Virus record (IMG/VR): IMGVR_UViG_3300012983_000002
Source: a virus
Lineage: Duplodnaviria > Heunggongvirae > Uroviricota > Caudoviricetes
DNA: 64,000 nucleotides
Reading direction: 5' to 3' (one strand)
Shown here: positions 48,346 to 58,538 of the stretch, one piece after another
Position numbering within the stretch: position 1 is the stretch's first letter
How the letters are laid out: each line of letters starts with the position of its first letter
Notes under the pieces: generated by a model
What the model saw: the letters and a program-made list of their open reading frames with translations, nothing else
Database searches by the model: none
What the model was told of the DNA's origin: nothing
Program-made: the position numbers and the translations under genes

Positions 48346-48816
48346 TTATAATGTTCCGTTATAACGCATAGGCAAAACCTTACCTGCCTGGTTGAATACC
48401 AGTTCTAGCGTCTTTGATTTTTTGAGGACTCTGGATTCTAAGTGATACGCATCCTCTTCTTCTTTAGTACATAGATTACTTTTTGCGACTATCTTAATGT
48501 CGCTCAGCACATTGTTAAACTTACGCGCTGTAATATCCACAGCATCTTTGCAGTGTACAACGAAATACACAGAAGTCTCATCATAGTCTTCCGGTATGAA
48601 ATACACAGCATCCGAATACCCCGGCACAGCCTGCCATATCTGATCAATCTTTTTTCCGTCGATAGTCATATTGTACTTACCTTCGGAATATAAAAGAATG
48701 AGCCTGGCTAAGTCTCCTGCTTTATGTACTGTATTGTGTACGTAGGACACGGCCCCCGGAGCGGGGGCCGTGCTGCGCTTTACTACTCTCTTACGCATTG
48801 TAGAAAGAGTCTGCAC
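48346..48816 (-). CDS. hypothetical protein
   Basis: 156-aa ORF. Confidence 0.5.
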   Translation of the reverse strand: MQTLSTMRKRVVKRSTAPAPGAVSYVHNTVHKAGDLARLILLYSEGKYNMTIDGKKIDQIWQAVPGYSDAVYFIPEDYDETSVYFVVHCKDAVDITARKFNNVLSDIKIVAKSNLCTKEEEDAYHLESRVLKKSKTLELVFNQAGKVLPMRYNGTL

Positions 48817-49903
48817 CAGGAACCTGATCGATAATATCGTTGATGGAGGAAGCTACCGCCTTAGCGATGATCTCTGCCATACCAGCTTCGTTAAAGCGAC
48901 GCTGGAATGTAGCTCCCTGTACAAGCGTGGTATTCTCCGCAGATACTGCTCCGCTCTTGATCCAGTTGCGGATTGTAAGTTCGCTAACTCCAGCACTCTC
49001 TACCATGTCGCGCATGGTGTAGCAGAATGTATTGAGTAGCTTGTTACGATCTTCACCATCAGCAAGGATATAGTACGAACGTTCTCGCTTAGAAGGATAG
49101 ATACCTAAACTAGCAAGAGATCCATAGGTCGTCCAACGTTCCTTACCGATGTACTCACCCATCTTCTGTTTCGACACATACTTAATAGTTTCTGGACTAT
49201 TATCGATTCGAATCTCTTTGATGAGATCGATCACGCGAGGGGAGAACAGCTCGATGGGCGTGGTGTTATACACATTACCGCGAATGAGAGTTGTACGAAT
49301 ACCATCCCATCCGTAAGTAGCCTCTACTTTGCGCAGAGCCAAATCAAGCCATGCTTTGCTTACATTAAGAGTCTTACGTACGGACTCAAACGTAAGCGGG
49401 AAGCGATTAATCTTATTACAAGCTGCAATGGTATCAGCTTCACTGTATGCATTATGCCCCACGTGAGCGATACCGCAGCAATCCGCCATGTGAGCAACAA
49501 AATAGAAAAGACCGAAGATGTGATTGCAGCCGTACTCTACAAATTTCTTCGATACCTCTTCAGCTGTGAGATCCTTGTCGCCTTCCTTACGAGCATCGTA
49601 CGGACGCTTGCGACGAAGTCCACGTATAACAACTTTCTTAAACTCAGTGAGCATTTCGGTGCGCGTAGTGCGGCACTCAGAATTAATAATAAACTCACGA
49701 TCCAACTGTACTACCTGGCTCTGAGGAATCTCAAAGCTGTAATTATTACTACTACCAACAAAACTAATTACATTAGAACCGAGCTGTCGCTCGAACTGGT
49801 ACGAAATGCCTTCGTCCATGACGCTTACGCGTGAGGTTGTTCCGTCGATGAAGCAGATATCGTTACGGTTGTTATTGAAGGTGATTTCGATGTTGGTTGA
49901 CAT
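48791..49903 (-). CDS. hypothetical protein (370 aa)
   Basis: Long ORF. Confidence 0.5.
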   Translation of the reverse strand: MSTNIEITFNNNRNDICFIDGTTSRVSVMDEGISYQFERQLGSNVISFVGSSNNYSFEIPQSQVVQLDREFIINSECRTTRTEMLTEFKKVVIRGLRRKRPYDARKEGDKDLTAEEVSKKFVEYGCNHIFGLFYFVAHMADCCGIAHVGHNAYSEADTIAACNKINRFPLTFESVRKTLNVSKAWLDLALRKVEATYGWDGIRTTLIRGNVYNTTPIELFSPRVIDLIKEIRIDNSPETIKYVSKQKMGEYIGKERWTTYGSLASLGIYPSKRERSYYILADGEDRNKLLNTFCYTMRDMVESAGVSELTIRNWIKSGAVSAENTTLVQGATFQRRFNEAGMAEIIAKAVASSINDIIDQVPGADSFYNA

Positions 49904-49976
49904 AATTGGGATTGCTTTCTATTTTTGATTGTTAGATAAAAAAGCGGCACATCAATGTGTGCCGCTGTCGGTAATA

Positions 49977-50447
49977 TTACTTTATGGTGGTCAAATTTCT
50001 CGCATGTCTGCGAGCATCGCCCACCATATCCTTGGCCACTGATTTTGCCCAATGGGCCATATCGTCCGCGGATATTTTAAATACTACTTTGCCCAAAAAG
50101 CGGTTAAGCTTATAAGCCACTCCTTTGTGCACAGCACTTATGGGAGGTAGCTTATTACCCCTGTATATACACTCTCCTTTAACAGTGGTGACCGTGTAGG
50201 TTACCGATTCTGTCTTGGAGTTTCTTTTTAATTTGAGCACAGCAATACTCTCCTCCTTTTGATGGAGGACAGGATATATGTTGCTGTACTCAGTTCCAGG
50301 TCGGCTTGGAGCAGGGCAGACCTTAAGGTCTACCTTACCCAAGCGAACCCCTACAGCCACTTCCAGTGAATCCTGGTCGGCAGACAACTTTACTTCTGTA
50401 GATAGTGCCATTATGTAATAGGTTGGTTCTCCAATTATATATAGCAC
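49977..50447 (-). CDS. hypothetical protein
   Basis: 156-aa ORF. Confidence 0.5.
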   Translation of the reverse strand: MLYIIGEPTYYIMALSTEVKLSADQDSLEVAVGVRLGKVDLKVCPAPSRPGTEYSNIYPVLHQKEESIAVLKLKRNSKTESVTYTVTTVKGECIYRGNKLPPISAVHKGVAYKLNRFLGKVVFKISADDMAHWAKSVAKDMVGDARRHARNLTTIK

Positions 50448-50461
50448 TCATAGTTAATAAT

Positions 50462-51106
50462 TTACATCATTAGACTACACTTATGTTTCTCTTCTTCTAG
50501 ATATTTACAATACTTACAAGCATCGCATTTTATAGGCACCTTATTAGGGTTGTCCCATTTGGCTACAAATTCCTCCATCCTCTCGGTGGCTTCACTCTCA
50601 CTGAAGACTTTTGACTTCATAATCTTAAAGTCACAGAACACAAGACGCGTATCCATGTAATCGCTGTTAGTGGACTTAATACCATGGTACGCGTATGGAA
50701 GCATCTGCATCTCGTAGTCTCTGATACCTCCACTCTTCAAGTCAAAGATAAGTTTTCCCGAAGGGCAATATGTATCCATTTCGCCTGAGATAAGAACGTC
50801 TCCTATTGTGAACTTAAATCTACAGTCTGTCTTTTTGCACAGGATGGGTTCTTTGCCACAAGTGTGTCTGATCGTATTACCTGCCCACTCAATGGCGGCG
50901 AAATCTTTCTTCTTTAACATTTTGTGAGCAATGCCGTTCAGGGACTCCATATTGTGAAACAGGTAATTTCTTAGGAATCCGTCCATAGCCGTACCTCTCA
51001 ACATAGCGTCATTAGGAGGGGTGGGTTTTCTTTCCCAACACGGACATTGATTTATGTAAGTGAACGACGATGGTGTGAGCTTTTTTACTTCTTCTTTTAT
51101 CGACAT
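50462..51106 (-). CDS. Cas4-like PD-(D/E)xK nuclease with Fe-S cysteines
   Basis: D...DLK and QMLPY (QxxxY) motifs. One N-terminal Cys (NQCPCW) plus a C-terminal CDACKYC cluster. Confidence 0.5.
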   Translation of the reverse strand: MSIKEEVKKLTPSSFTYINQCPCWERKPTPPNDAMLRGTAMDGFLRNYLFHNMESLNGIAHKMLKKKDFAAIEWAGNTIRHTCGKEPILCKKTDCRFKFTIGDVLISGEMDTYCPSGKLIFDLKSGGIRDYEMQMLPYAYHGIKSTNSDYMDTRLVFCDFKIMKSKVFSESEATERMEEFVAKWDNPNKVPIKCDACKYCKYLEEEKHKCSLMM

Positions 51107-51705
51107 ACTTTAATTGCAAAATTTTTATACTCTTCTGGAAATTGAAGGAGTTCTTCTGTCTCAGACTCGACGTCTACAGCGTCGTATCTTAGTGTAGGAA
51201 AATCATGTAATAAGCATTCATTTTTATCTTCCTCTTCAACCTCCAACTCATATAGCCATACATTTTCAGGAAGTCCTCCTTCTGTACACATTAGATTGAT
51301 CCAGTAATTATTCAGCATACTGCGATCACAAGACGACACTATCCAAGTCTTGTAGGATAGTTCTCCAGCTATTTTTATAACTGTTACTAATGAGTCCAGC
51401 GATGTAAAATCTCCACCAAAGAACAACCTGGATTTATCTCCTGGTAATACCTCTAAAAGCTTTCGTATAACTTTTGTATATTCATTATTACTCAGATAAT
51501 TATTCTTATTAAACAACTTAGTGTTACGCGCCACCATCTCTTTAAACTTAGGGCTGCGTTGACTACCTAAATATGCAGCACTGAGTTTAAAATTCTTAAT
51601 CGGTCTGCACATTGTTTTTTCACTCAAAGGTATAGCAGATACTATCGCGCCTTTATCGGAAGCGTACACATAAGTTAAATCTCCTGTATCAACAACGTTT
51701 AACAT
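51097..51705 (-). CDS. hypothetical protein
   Basis: 202-aa ORF. Confidence 0.5.
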   Translation of the reverse strand: MLNVVDTGDLTYVYASDKGAIVSAIPLSEKTMCRPIKNFKLSAAYLGSQRSPKFKEMVARNTKLFNKNNYLSNNEYTKVIRKLLEVLPGDKSRLFFGGDFTSLDSLVTVIKIAGELSYKTWIVSSCDRSMLNNYWINLMCTEGGLPENVWLYELEVEEEDKNECLLHDFPTLRYDAVDVESETEELLQFPEEYKNFAIKVCR

Positions 51706-52198
51706 TATTACTTTTTAAAAACAATCCAGGTACTACCGCCGGTTCTATCGTACCGTCTAGTACCGCATACTGTATTTGAGCGGCAAGTTGATTGTAGGAT
51801 AAAGAAAAATTTTCTAACCAACTTTTGTGTGAGCATGCAGAGTCAGTTAGAAAACTAATCTTACCTTTTCTATAACTTACCAGTCCACTTTTAAGATATC
51901 TATTATCTATATAAAATACACAGCAGCAAGCTGTCATCTCGCTGACAGGTCTACTACTGTGTATCAACTTGCCTACTTTGGCGATAAGAATTACTCTAAA
52001 TCCAAATGAGTTTACAAAAGAAATAATTTTATCGGTTATTTCTTTCGGTAAGAAGGGATGCTCTCTGAGTGCATTTTTACGATGCGTTCGAGTAGAGGTT
52101 TTACTACGATACCTTCTGCGATTTTTTCCATCGGAATCATCGCTGTGAATAATCCTTCCGGAGTTGTGTACATGAAGTGAATCGTCCGAGGAGAGCAT
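51689..52198 (-). CDS. hypothetical protein; overlaps the next ORF in another frame
   Basis: 169-aa ORF with a 160-bp overlap with 52036..52332. Confidence 0.4.
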   Translation of the reverse strand: MLSSDDSLHVHNSGRIIHSDDSDGKNRRRYRSKTSTRTHRKNALREHPFLPKEITDKIISFVNSFGFRVILIAKVGKLIHSSRPVSEMTACCCVFYIDNRYLKSGLVSYRKGKISFLTDSACSHKSWLENFSLSYNQLAAQIQYAVLDGTIEPAVVPGLFLKSNNVKRC

Positions 52199-52332
52199 AC
52201 TACCGAATAATTATACCAGCCGTATTTATACTGAAGGCCGAGAGCTGCCAAGTCTACTACTTTGCGAACAGCCTCTGTATCTTTAGCATCTGATATCTGG
52301 CAATTTTCTTCTAAATATTTAACCCAGTTCAT
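52036..52332 (-). CDS. hypothetical protein
   Basis: 98-aa ORF. Confidence 0.4.
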   Translation of the reverse strand: MNWVKYLEENCQISDAKDTEAVRKVVDLAALGLQYKYGWYNYSVVCSPRTIHFMYTTPEGLFTAMIPMEKIAEGIVVKPLLERIVKMHSESIPSYRKK

Positions 52333-52835
52333 TTCTTTATATCAGCTGGTACAATGATCTTAGATTTACCTGGAACAAATAAACTGTTCTCAGGATTCTG
52401 CCATCCTGGTTTAGCAAATCGGAAAATAGTAGGATTCTCTTTCATACCCGTACTGACGTGAGGATACCTTTGAGCTTCCTTCCAGAATTCCTTATACTGA
52501 TCCTCTGTTAATTTTTCAGCCTCAGATGGAAGCAGTGTACTTACTCTAGGAAATTCTTCCCAATCAGGAATTCCTGGTTTTACACGTTCCCAGATAATAA
52601 ATGCCTGGTATGCTGTGTACTGCGCGTCGTTTACGCTAGGGGCTCTTAGGAAAATGGTATAGTCTAGTAGAATAGGCTCTGAAGCGCCTACGTCATTTTC
52701 AACCTTCAGGTCTACCTTCCACGGCTGGAACGCGGCGCACTCTTCAAGAGAGTAACACTCAGGGTGCTTAGGCTTTTCCAGCCTTACCCATTTCTTCTTC
52801 TTGTAATCTGTATAGCAATCGTCTTTATCACTCAT
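52329..52835 (-). CDS. hypothetical protein
   Basis: 168-aa ORF. Confidence 0.5.
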   Translation of the reverse strand: MSDKDDCYTDYKKKKWVRLEKPKHPECYSLEECAAFQPWKVDLKVENDVGASEPILLDYTIFLRAPSVNDAQYTAYQAFIIWERVKPGIPDWEEFPRVSTLLPSEAEKLTEDQYKEFWKEAQRYPHVSTGMKENPTIFRFAKPGWQNPENSLFVPGKSKIIVPADIKK

Positions 52836-52933
52836 GATATAAAGACGATAGCGACATTCTTTTTAGTATCAATAAAAAAATCCAGGCGTAGTAAAATTTT
52901 TACCACACCTGGACAATTATTATGCTAGATTAC

Positions 52934-53224
52934 TTACGAAAAGTAGCGCTCGATAATTTCAGCCTTAGTGCCCGATACATCAGCATCCTCGCCGTGTACG
53001 GTCTGGATGTAATCGATAAGCTCGCTCTTCTTCATTTCCTTAGGATTGATTTCCTCGAGAACTTCAGTAGCATCAAGTTCTATTACGGCAGGAGCGGGCT
53101 CTTCTACTACTACCGGTTCTGATGCAGGAGTATCTGTCACAACAGATGCGTCAAGGGTTACATACTGCTTCGGATACATATAAGTATTCACTGCTTTTAC
53201 TGTGGATTTATACATTTCGTTCAT
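52934..53224 (-). CDS. hypothetical protein
   Basis: 96-aa ORF. Confidence 0.45.
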   Translation of the reverse strand: MNEMYKSTVKAVNTYMYPKQYVTLDASVVTDTPASEPVVVEEPAPAVIELDATEVLEEINPKEMKKSELIDYIQTVHGEDADVSGTKAEIIERYFS

Positions 53225-53233
53225 AAATTAAAA

Positions 53234-53971
53234 TTAGTAAGAATTTAAAGTATACTGCACTCTCATAGCTTTGTCACAAAGATCTTTAATATCTACCTTG
53301 TTAAATATATCAGTCGCCTGGTTAAGATACTGGAAGTTAATAGCTCCTATAAGTTTGCCTCTACTATCATGCAAAGGGATAGAGTACATCACGTCGATGC
53401 CGAGACTTTCGAATAAGTAACGTGTTGCGCTGAACTTCATCTTATCAGTCTCGTAACGTATGATTCTTGCATCTCCGTTAGAATAAGATAGTCCTGAAAT
53501 TGGTGCAAACTTTGTGATACCTTCTCCGAGGTAATTGTCACCGTATAGAGGACCTATAAGATCTAAATAATTACTGACAATCAGACGTTTGACGGGATCC
53601 GAAGCAGGCTTTACTCCAGGGGATAAGAATTCGTGAGAGCATGTGAATTTAAAGATAGGATTCTGAACTGAGAAAGATTCTCCGTTATGGAATTGACAAA
53701 TGGACACTCGATCCGTATGTGTGTTATCTTGCATCACAGCTAACATATTATCTATGGAGTAATATTTAGCCAGATCTTCGGGCTCCGGTATGTGACGACT
53801 TTTATGCTTTGCTGCAAAGTCCTTACCCCACTTAATTATCTTGTCCCTGATCTTTCTGAAACACAAAGGTATAACAATAGCCAATATCGTCACAACTGTA
53901 TCCAGCAGCGGTGAATATGTGATCATATCCACCACTCCATTTTCTAGCTGTTGCACGACGGTATTCTGCAT
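53234..53971 (-). CDS. hypothetical membrane-anchored protein
   Basis: N-terminal TM helix (LLDTVVTILAIVIPLCF). Confidence 0.5.
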   Translation of the reverse strand: MQNTVVQQLENGVVDMITYSPLLDTVVTILAIVIPLCFRKIRDKIIKWGKDFAAKHKSRHIPEPEDLAKYYSIDNMLAVMQDNTHTDRVSICQFHNGESFSVQNPIFKFTCSHEFLSPGVKPASDPVKRLIVSNYLDLIGPLYGDNYLGEGITKFAPISGLSYSNGDARIIRYETDKMKFSATRYLFESLGIDVMYSIPLHDSRGKLIGAINFQYLNQATDIFNKVDIKDLCDKAMRVQYTLNSY

Positions 53972-54018
53972 AATCTTATTATACGAGACAAGTTAATAAA
54001 AGTGCAACTTAGTGTATG

Positions 54019-54684
54019 TTATTCTGATTTTTCTTCTAGCTCTGCCACGCTATTCGCCAAAAGTTCAGCTACATATTTAGACCATCCCTCGAGCTTTTCG
54101 TAACGCTCTGTTCCAGGGGCAATATCAGGGATAGTTACCCACTCTACAGAAGTGAGAGCATCCTCCACATTGATATTGGGAACATCTGCTAGGATAACAG
54201 TGTACAGAAGTCCAATGTGTACAGATGATACAGCTTCACTGTCGTCGTAGATGGGTGTATCGTGAAGCATTACAGCTTCGCAGTTCAGTTCCTCGACACC
54301 AAGCTCTTCGAAAAGCTCTCGGAACAGACATGCAGAGCATGGAGAATCTTCTGTAGGGGATCTAAAGTAATTTTCTACATCGATACCGTTAATGTGTCCT
54401 CCTATACCAATAGAATATTTGTCCTGTAAACGAGACTCTCCTCCCTTCGAGCTACGCTTGTACATAAGTACCTTTGCTTCTCCGTCTTCTCCGAACGGTG
54501 CAATTACTACAGCGTACGGAATAGGTTGCAGCAAACTTGTGTCTGTCTCCACATCACCGCGCCTATGAAGCGTAGCAATACCAGGAGCTGTTGTGGCTTT
54601 TACTACCAGTTCGGCTGTCGGAATACCCAGAAGGAACAGACGGCCCTTATCTACACACATGATCACTTCGTTGTCTTTACTCAT
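54019..54684 (-). CDS. Nudix hydrolase-like protein
   Basis: Nudix-box-like GGHINGI...FRELFEELGV (REUxEExGU). Confidence 0.5.
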   Translation of the reverse strand: MSKDNEVIMCVDKGRLFLLGIPTAELVVKATTAPGIATLHRRGDVETDTSLLQPIPYAVVIAPFGEDGEAKVLMYKRSSKGGESRLQDKYSIGIGGHINGIDVENYFRSPTEDSPCSACLFRELFEELGVEELNCEAVMLHDTPIYDDSEAVSSVHIGLLYTVILADVPNINVEDALTSVEWVTIPDIAPGTERYEKLEGWSKYVAELLANSVAELEEKSE

Positions 54685-54707
54685 ATTATTAAGTTTTGTT
54701 AAATAGT

Positions 54708-55181
54708 TTACGCAATAATATCACTGCCGTTAACACGTACAAGTGCCACGGGCTCCTTAGTTTTTACAAGAATACCTTCTTCTTTACCAGTCTTTCCTGG
54801 TATAAATTCGAAGATATCTGCAAGACTATCGATACTACCAAGCCTCTTCATGAGCTTATGATTTTCTTTCATAGCCTTAGCGCAGCTCTTAAGACGATTA
54901 CTTACATCGAGATCTCCCCACTTGAGTAGAGCTCCACTCTCTTTATTAATGTACGCTGATTTCTGAATGACCCATACTTGCAGGTCGTCCGGAACATTTC
55001 CTTCAGGGTCGTTAATGACAACCATCCAGTCTTTCTTTTCGCGTTTGCTTTTTTCTGTGGGGACTTTTTCTTGTTCATCTTTCTGACGTGCTTTGTAAAT
55101 AAGGGTTTCTACTACAGTGGGCTCGATGCCCAACTCTTCACATACTAACTTGAGATTCTCTTCGCTGATTTTGTTTGCCAT
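54708..55181 (-). CDS. hypothetical protein
   Basis: 157-aa ORF. Confidence 0.5.
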   Translation of the reverse strand: MANKISEENLKLVCEELGIEPTVVETLIYKARQKDEQEKVPTEKSKREKKDWMVVINDPEGNVPDDLQVWVIQKSAYINKESGALLKWGDLDVSNRLKSCAKAMKENHKLMKRLGSIDSLADIFEFIPGKTGKEEGILVKTKEPVALVRVNGSDIIA

Positions 55182-55187
55182 AATAAT

Positions 55188-55691
55188 TTAACTTATAAAA
55201 CGGGTTACTATTTCTTTTATTACTTTGTTTGGTATAGGCGCATTGCCAGAATACCATTTCTTCACCTCTAAAGGTTTCACTTTCAACATGCTAGCCAGGT
55301 CTGCATCAGACATACCTGTAGCTGCTATAAGTGCAGACTGTATGAGAGGTACATACATGTTCGGTAGTTCCCAATCTGCGTACTCTATAATCCAGTCTGT
55401 ACCGTCGTCAGTGTCTATTTGGATGGGATTTTCTTCTAGTAATCTCCATGTTCTTTTTCTGACGGTTTTACCTTCACATATAAGTACGCCTGTACAACTG
55501 GACTTGGTTGTTAGTTCTCTTACTTTACCGCAACATATTTCAACAGATGGGTCAGATACTGCATAATCAGTAGTATCCACTATAGCCACATTCTTAACGC
55601 AACCAGGATGCCTCAACCACCACTTGCGTGTGCGGGCTTGAACTTCATTTACAGCTCTCTTTATTACTAGTTGACCGGAGTCAGGTACCAC
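55188..55691 (-). CDS. hypothetical protein
   Basis: 167-aa ORF. Confidence 0.5.
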   Translation of the reverse strand: MVPDSGQLVIKRAVNEVQARTRKWWLRHPGCVKNVAIVDTTDYAVSDPSVEICCGKVRELTTKSSCTGVLICEGKTVRKRTWRLLEENPIQIDTDDGTDWIIEYADWELPNMYVPLIQSALIAATGMSDADLASMLKVKPLEVKKWYSGNAPIPNKVIKEIVTRFIS

Positions 55692-56188
55692 GGAGTGTAC
55701 CTTGGAGCCTCTACCGGTATCAGCTCCTCTTCCAGTTTGTTTATTGCGTTTAATATTTTTGTATTTCTATCTGTTGCTGCGCTGGTAGATGTGAGAATAT
55801 CTACGCACAATGGTTTACTATAAATGAGGCCGGTAGTCTTATATTTTATCCTGCCAACACCAAGTACAGCTCTATCTAGAGACTCCCAACGCATAAAGCG
55901 TTCGGATTCTACGGTTCTCCATAACGACGACCTGTTTATTTTCGTAAGTATTAAAGGGGCCTCAGCGGGCATATCCTTCATCATTACCTGCAAGTCTACG
56001 TACAGATCTCCTCCGTATTTTCCGGATCCCATGAGCAAAGACTTCATAGCCTGGTATCCGTAGCAAGGAAGAATGTATCTACCAGGACCTCCGCTTTCGG
56101 CATATCCCAGTAGTGCTTTGTCCCAACGATCATCCATGAATTGAAGATCGCAAGAAACTGCTTCTGTTATCTTTTCTCTATTTAACAT
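55667..56188 (-). CDS. hypothetical protein
   Basis: 173-aa ORF. Confidence 0.5.
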   Translation of the reverse strand: MLNREKITEAVSCDLQFMDDRWDKALLGYAESGGPGRYILPCYGYQAMKSLLMGSGKYGGDLYVDLQVMMKDMPAEAPLILTKINRSSLWRTVESERFMRWESLDRAVLGVGRIKYKTTGLIYSKPLCVDILTSTSAATDRNTKILNAINKLEEELIPVEAPRYTPWYLTPVN

Positions 56189-56249
56189 TGCGTGTCATAG
56201 TATCGTATATTTGTTGATTCAATAAAACTCTAATCATATTATTTAATGC

Positions 56250-56870
56250 ATGAGCAACCCCAAGCGTACAACAAAGAAGTGGATCTTAGGAGCAGACCCT
56301 GGTAAGAACGGTGCTATCGTTCTTATTAATGCTAAGAAGAAGTTCGGTGAATTTACTTCTGACGATGTAGTGTGCATTCCAACCAAGACGAACGACGGCA
56401 AGATCGATGTTGTGCGTATGGTAGACGCTCTGACTCCTTATGCAAAAGATATCGTTCTGATGGTACAGGAGCATGTGCATGCTATTTACGGATCGTCCGC
56501 TAAAGGTAGCTTTGAATTCGGTGATGCAAACGGCGCACTTCGAGCTGCTCTATCGATAGTATCTCATATTGCAGGTACCGATCTGCCTGTACACCTCGTG
56601 ATGCCTAAGAAGTGGCAGGAAGTTGCCTGGAAGCCCATTAGTGTCGTAGGAGCCCCTATCATCGATAAAGAAACAGGAGAGCCGCAGCTGTTACGCAACG
56701 GCTCTATCAAGATCAAGATAGATACAAAGGCCACGTCACTTTCCGCAGCTCACTCCACTTTTCCTGGCGTATCTTTCGTTCAGCCTAGGTGCAAGAAGGA
56801 GCACGACGGTTGCGTGGACGCGGCCCTTATAGCTTATTATGGTCTTCGTAAATTAATTTCCAGGAGATAA
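56250..56870 (+). CDS. RuvC-like Holliday-junction resolvase
   Basis: N-terminal ILGADPGKNGAIVLI, resembling the RuvC/YqgF L-G-x-D-x-G motif. Later acidic residues (GDANGALRAAL...DGCVDAALIAYYG). Confidence 0.5.
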   Translation: MSNPKRTTKKWILGADPGKNGAIVLINAKKKFGEFTSDDVVCIPTKTNDGKIDVVRMVDALTPYAKDIVLMVQEHVHAIYGSSAKGSFEFGDANGALRAALSIVSHIAGTDLPVHLVMPKKWQEVAWKPISVVGAPIIDKETGEPQLLRNGSIKIKIDTKATSLSAAHSTFPGVSFVQPRCKKEHDGCVDAALIAYYGLRKLISRR

Positions 56871-58133
56871 GATCTTATCGATCACGTCATCGTCCTGTAG
56901 CTTTTTGGCCAGACGGAAACCTCTCTTGGAGCTATACACAAATTTACTTTTCTTTTTCTTATTAATGTTAGCTTCTTCCCGAGATGTGTCTGTAGAGTCA
57001 TTCGACTCGTGGCTATTATATTCTTCCGGAACGTCTAATAAAGATTCAAAAATTGCACCACTAACATCGGCCTTTTTGGTTAAGGAACCTGATGTGATAC
57101 CTGAGTTCTCAGCTATTTCTGAGCGAATAGCGTGACCAAAGATGCAGGCTATTTTATATAGAGCATTTTTCTTCTTCTCGCTGAGATTGGAGGCTGCTTT
57201 AAAAAATGCAGGATAAAGCTCTGCAAATTCGGACGCAGCAAGTAACTCTGTCTGAGCACCAACAGCCGCAGACTTAGCGATACAAGATATTGCGATCTGC
57301 TCTGTTAGTGGGTCTACGTCTAACGAGCTGGAAGCTCCCTTGACGGTATCTAGAGCATCAGCAAACCCTATCATACCTGCTGTATTTCTGAAGTCTTTAA
57401 GACGTCCGTCGGCAGCGGTAGCGATAAGATTACTTACATCAGAAGATGCAGCCTTTGTCATATTGATAGTACGTAGGAGGAACTCAAATCCGTCCGTGTC
57501 TGTGACACCTGCGCTTTTATCGAGCTCTTCTTCTTCCTCTACAGGAGCATCTACAATCTCAATACGCTTAGGGGATTGTACATCTTTCTTTTTAATCGGG
57601 AAAGATTTGTTGAGGAGTTTGTGAGCTACCACGCCGGATCCAAGCGCCATAAGGATAGGAAGTGCAAGAGGTATAGAAATGCCCAATTCTGAAGCGCTCA
57701 TACCTTTACCTGCGGAGGCTGATTTTTCCGATTCCTCCTCCTCTTTTGACGGTTTCTTTTTTTTATCTAACTTCTTGTAACCCTGAGTCTCTAGAAAGAT
57801 ATTTTGGGCCTCGTCAAGTTTGTCTTGTGCTTGCTTTTTGCGCAGTGCTTCGTACAGCTTATTCACTAAAGCGTATGTACCTGCAGCACTTACGATACCA
57901 CCAGTCAGGGCTAGCGGACCACCAAGAGTCATAGCTACTTTTTCTTGCGGGGCTTGTTTATAAATCTTAATGGTATCATCATCGTCATCAGACTCGTCAG
58001 CGTCGTCTTTCAGATGTCTAAGATAATTAACAAGCGCTGTAGCTAGCGCAACTCCTCCTCCGGTAGCCGCACCACCTATAAGATAGTTGCGTACCAGATC
58101 CTTATCGCGTTGTGATAAAATCGATGAGCTCAT
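56853..58133 (-). CDS. hypothetical membrane protein (426 aa)
   Basis: Several hydrophobic helices, plus acidic and Lys-rich segments. Confidence 0.5.
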   Translation of the reverse strand: MSSSILSQRDKDLVRNYLIGGAATGGGVALATALVNYLRHLKDDADESDDDDDTIKIYKQAPQEKVAMTLGGPLALTGGIVSAAGTYALVNKLYEALRKKQAQDKLDEAQNIFLETQGYKKLDKKKKPSKEEEESEKSASAGKGMSASELGISIPLALPILMALGSGVVAHKLLNKSFPIKKKDVQSPKRIEIVDAPVEEEEELDKSAGVTDTDGFEFLLRTINMTKAASSDVSNLIATAADGRLKDFRNTAGMIGFADALDTVKGASSSLDVDPLTEQIAISCIAKSAAVGAQTELLAASEFAELYPAFFKAASNLSEKKKNALYKIACIFGHAIRSEIAENSGITSGSLTKKADVSGAIFESLLDVPEEYNSHESNDSTDTSREEANINKKKKSKFVYSSKRGFRLAKKLQDDDVIDKILSPGN

Positions 58134-58136
58134 TAT

Positions 58137-58538
58137 TTACTTTTTTGTCGGTAATTGATATAGAATGTCTGCGTACTCTATGTATACGTAGAACACTCCG
58201 CGGTAAAACTGTCTGTCTATAGTATAAACTTCAATCTTGGGTGATGGCAACTTTGTACGCTCTAGTAACTTGGAGTACTTTTCTTTATCCTCCTCACCAT
58301 CCAATTGAAACACCTGGAACTTCCTAGGACCGTAGGTAAATAGGTCTGGATTGCTGTATTGATTTTCAAACACCGCCTGAGTGGAGTGCGTGCGCAGACC
58401 TAGGCGGTCTGTTAAGTAAATATTATCATCTACAGCTTTAGCAGCTTCTACAGTGTCTGCTTTAAGCATAGGAACCCCTATACCTACATTTGTAGAAGGA
58501 TCGTTATTGTTAAGAAAAGATGGTACAGAACCTTTCAT
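58137..58538 (-). CDS. hypothetical protein
   Basis: 133-aa ORF. Confidence 0.5.
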   Translation of the reverse strand: MKGSVPSFLNNNDPSTNVGIGVPMLKADTVEAAKAVDDNIYLTDRLGLRTHSTQAVFENQYSNPDLFTYGPRKFQVFQLDGEEDKEKYSKLLERTKLPSPKIEVYTIDRQFYRGVFYVYIEYADILYQLPTKK

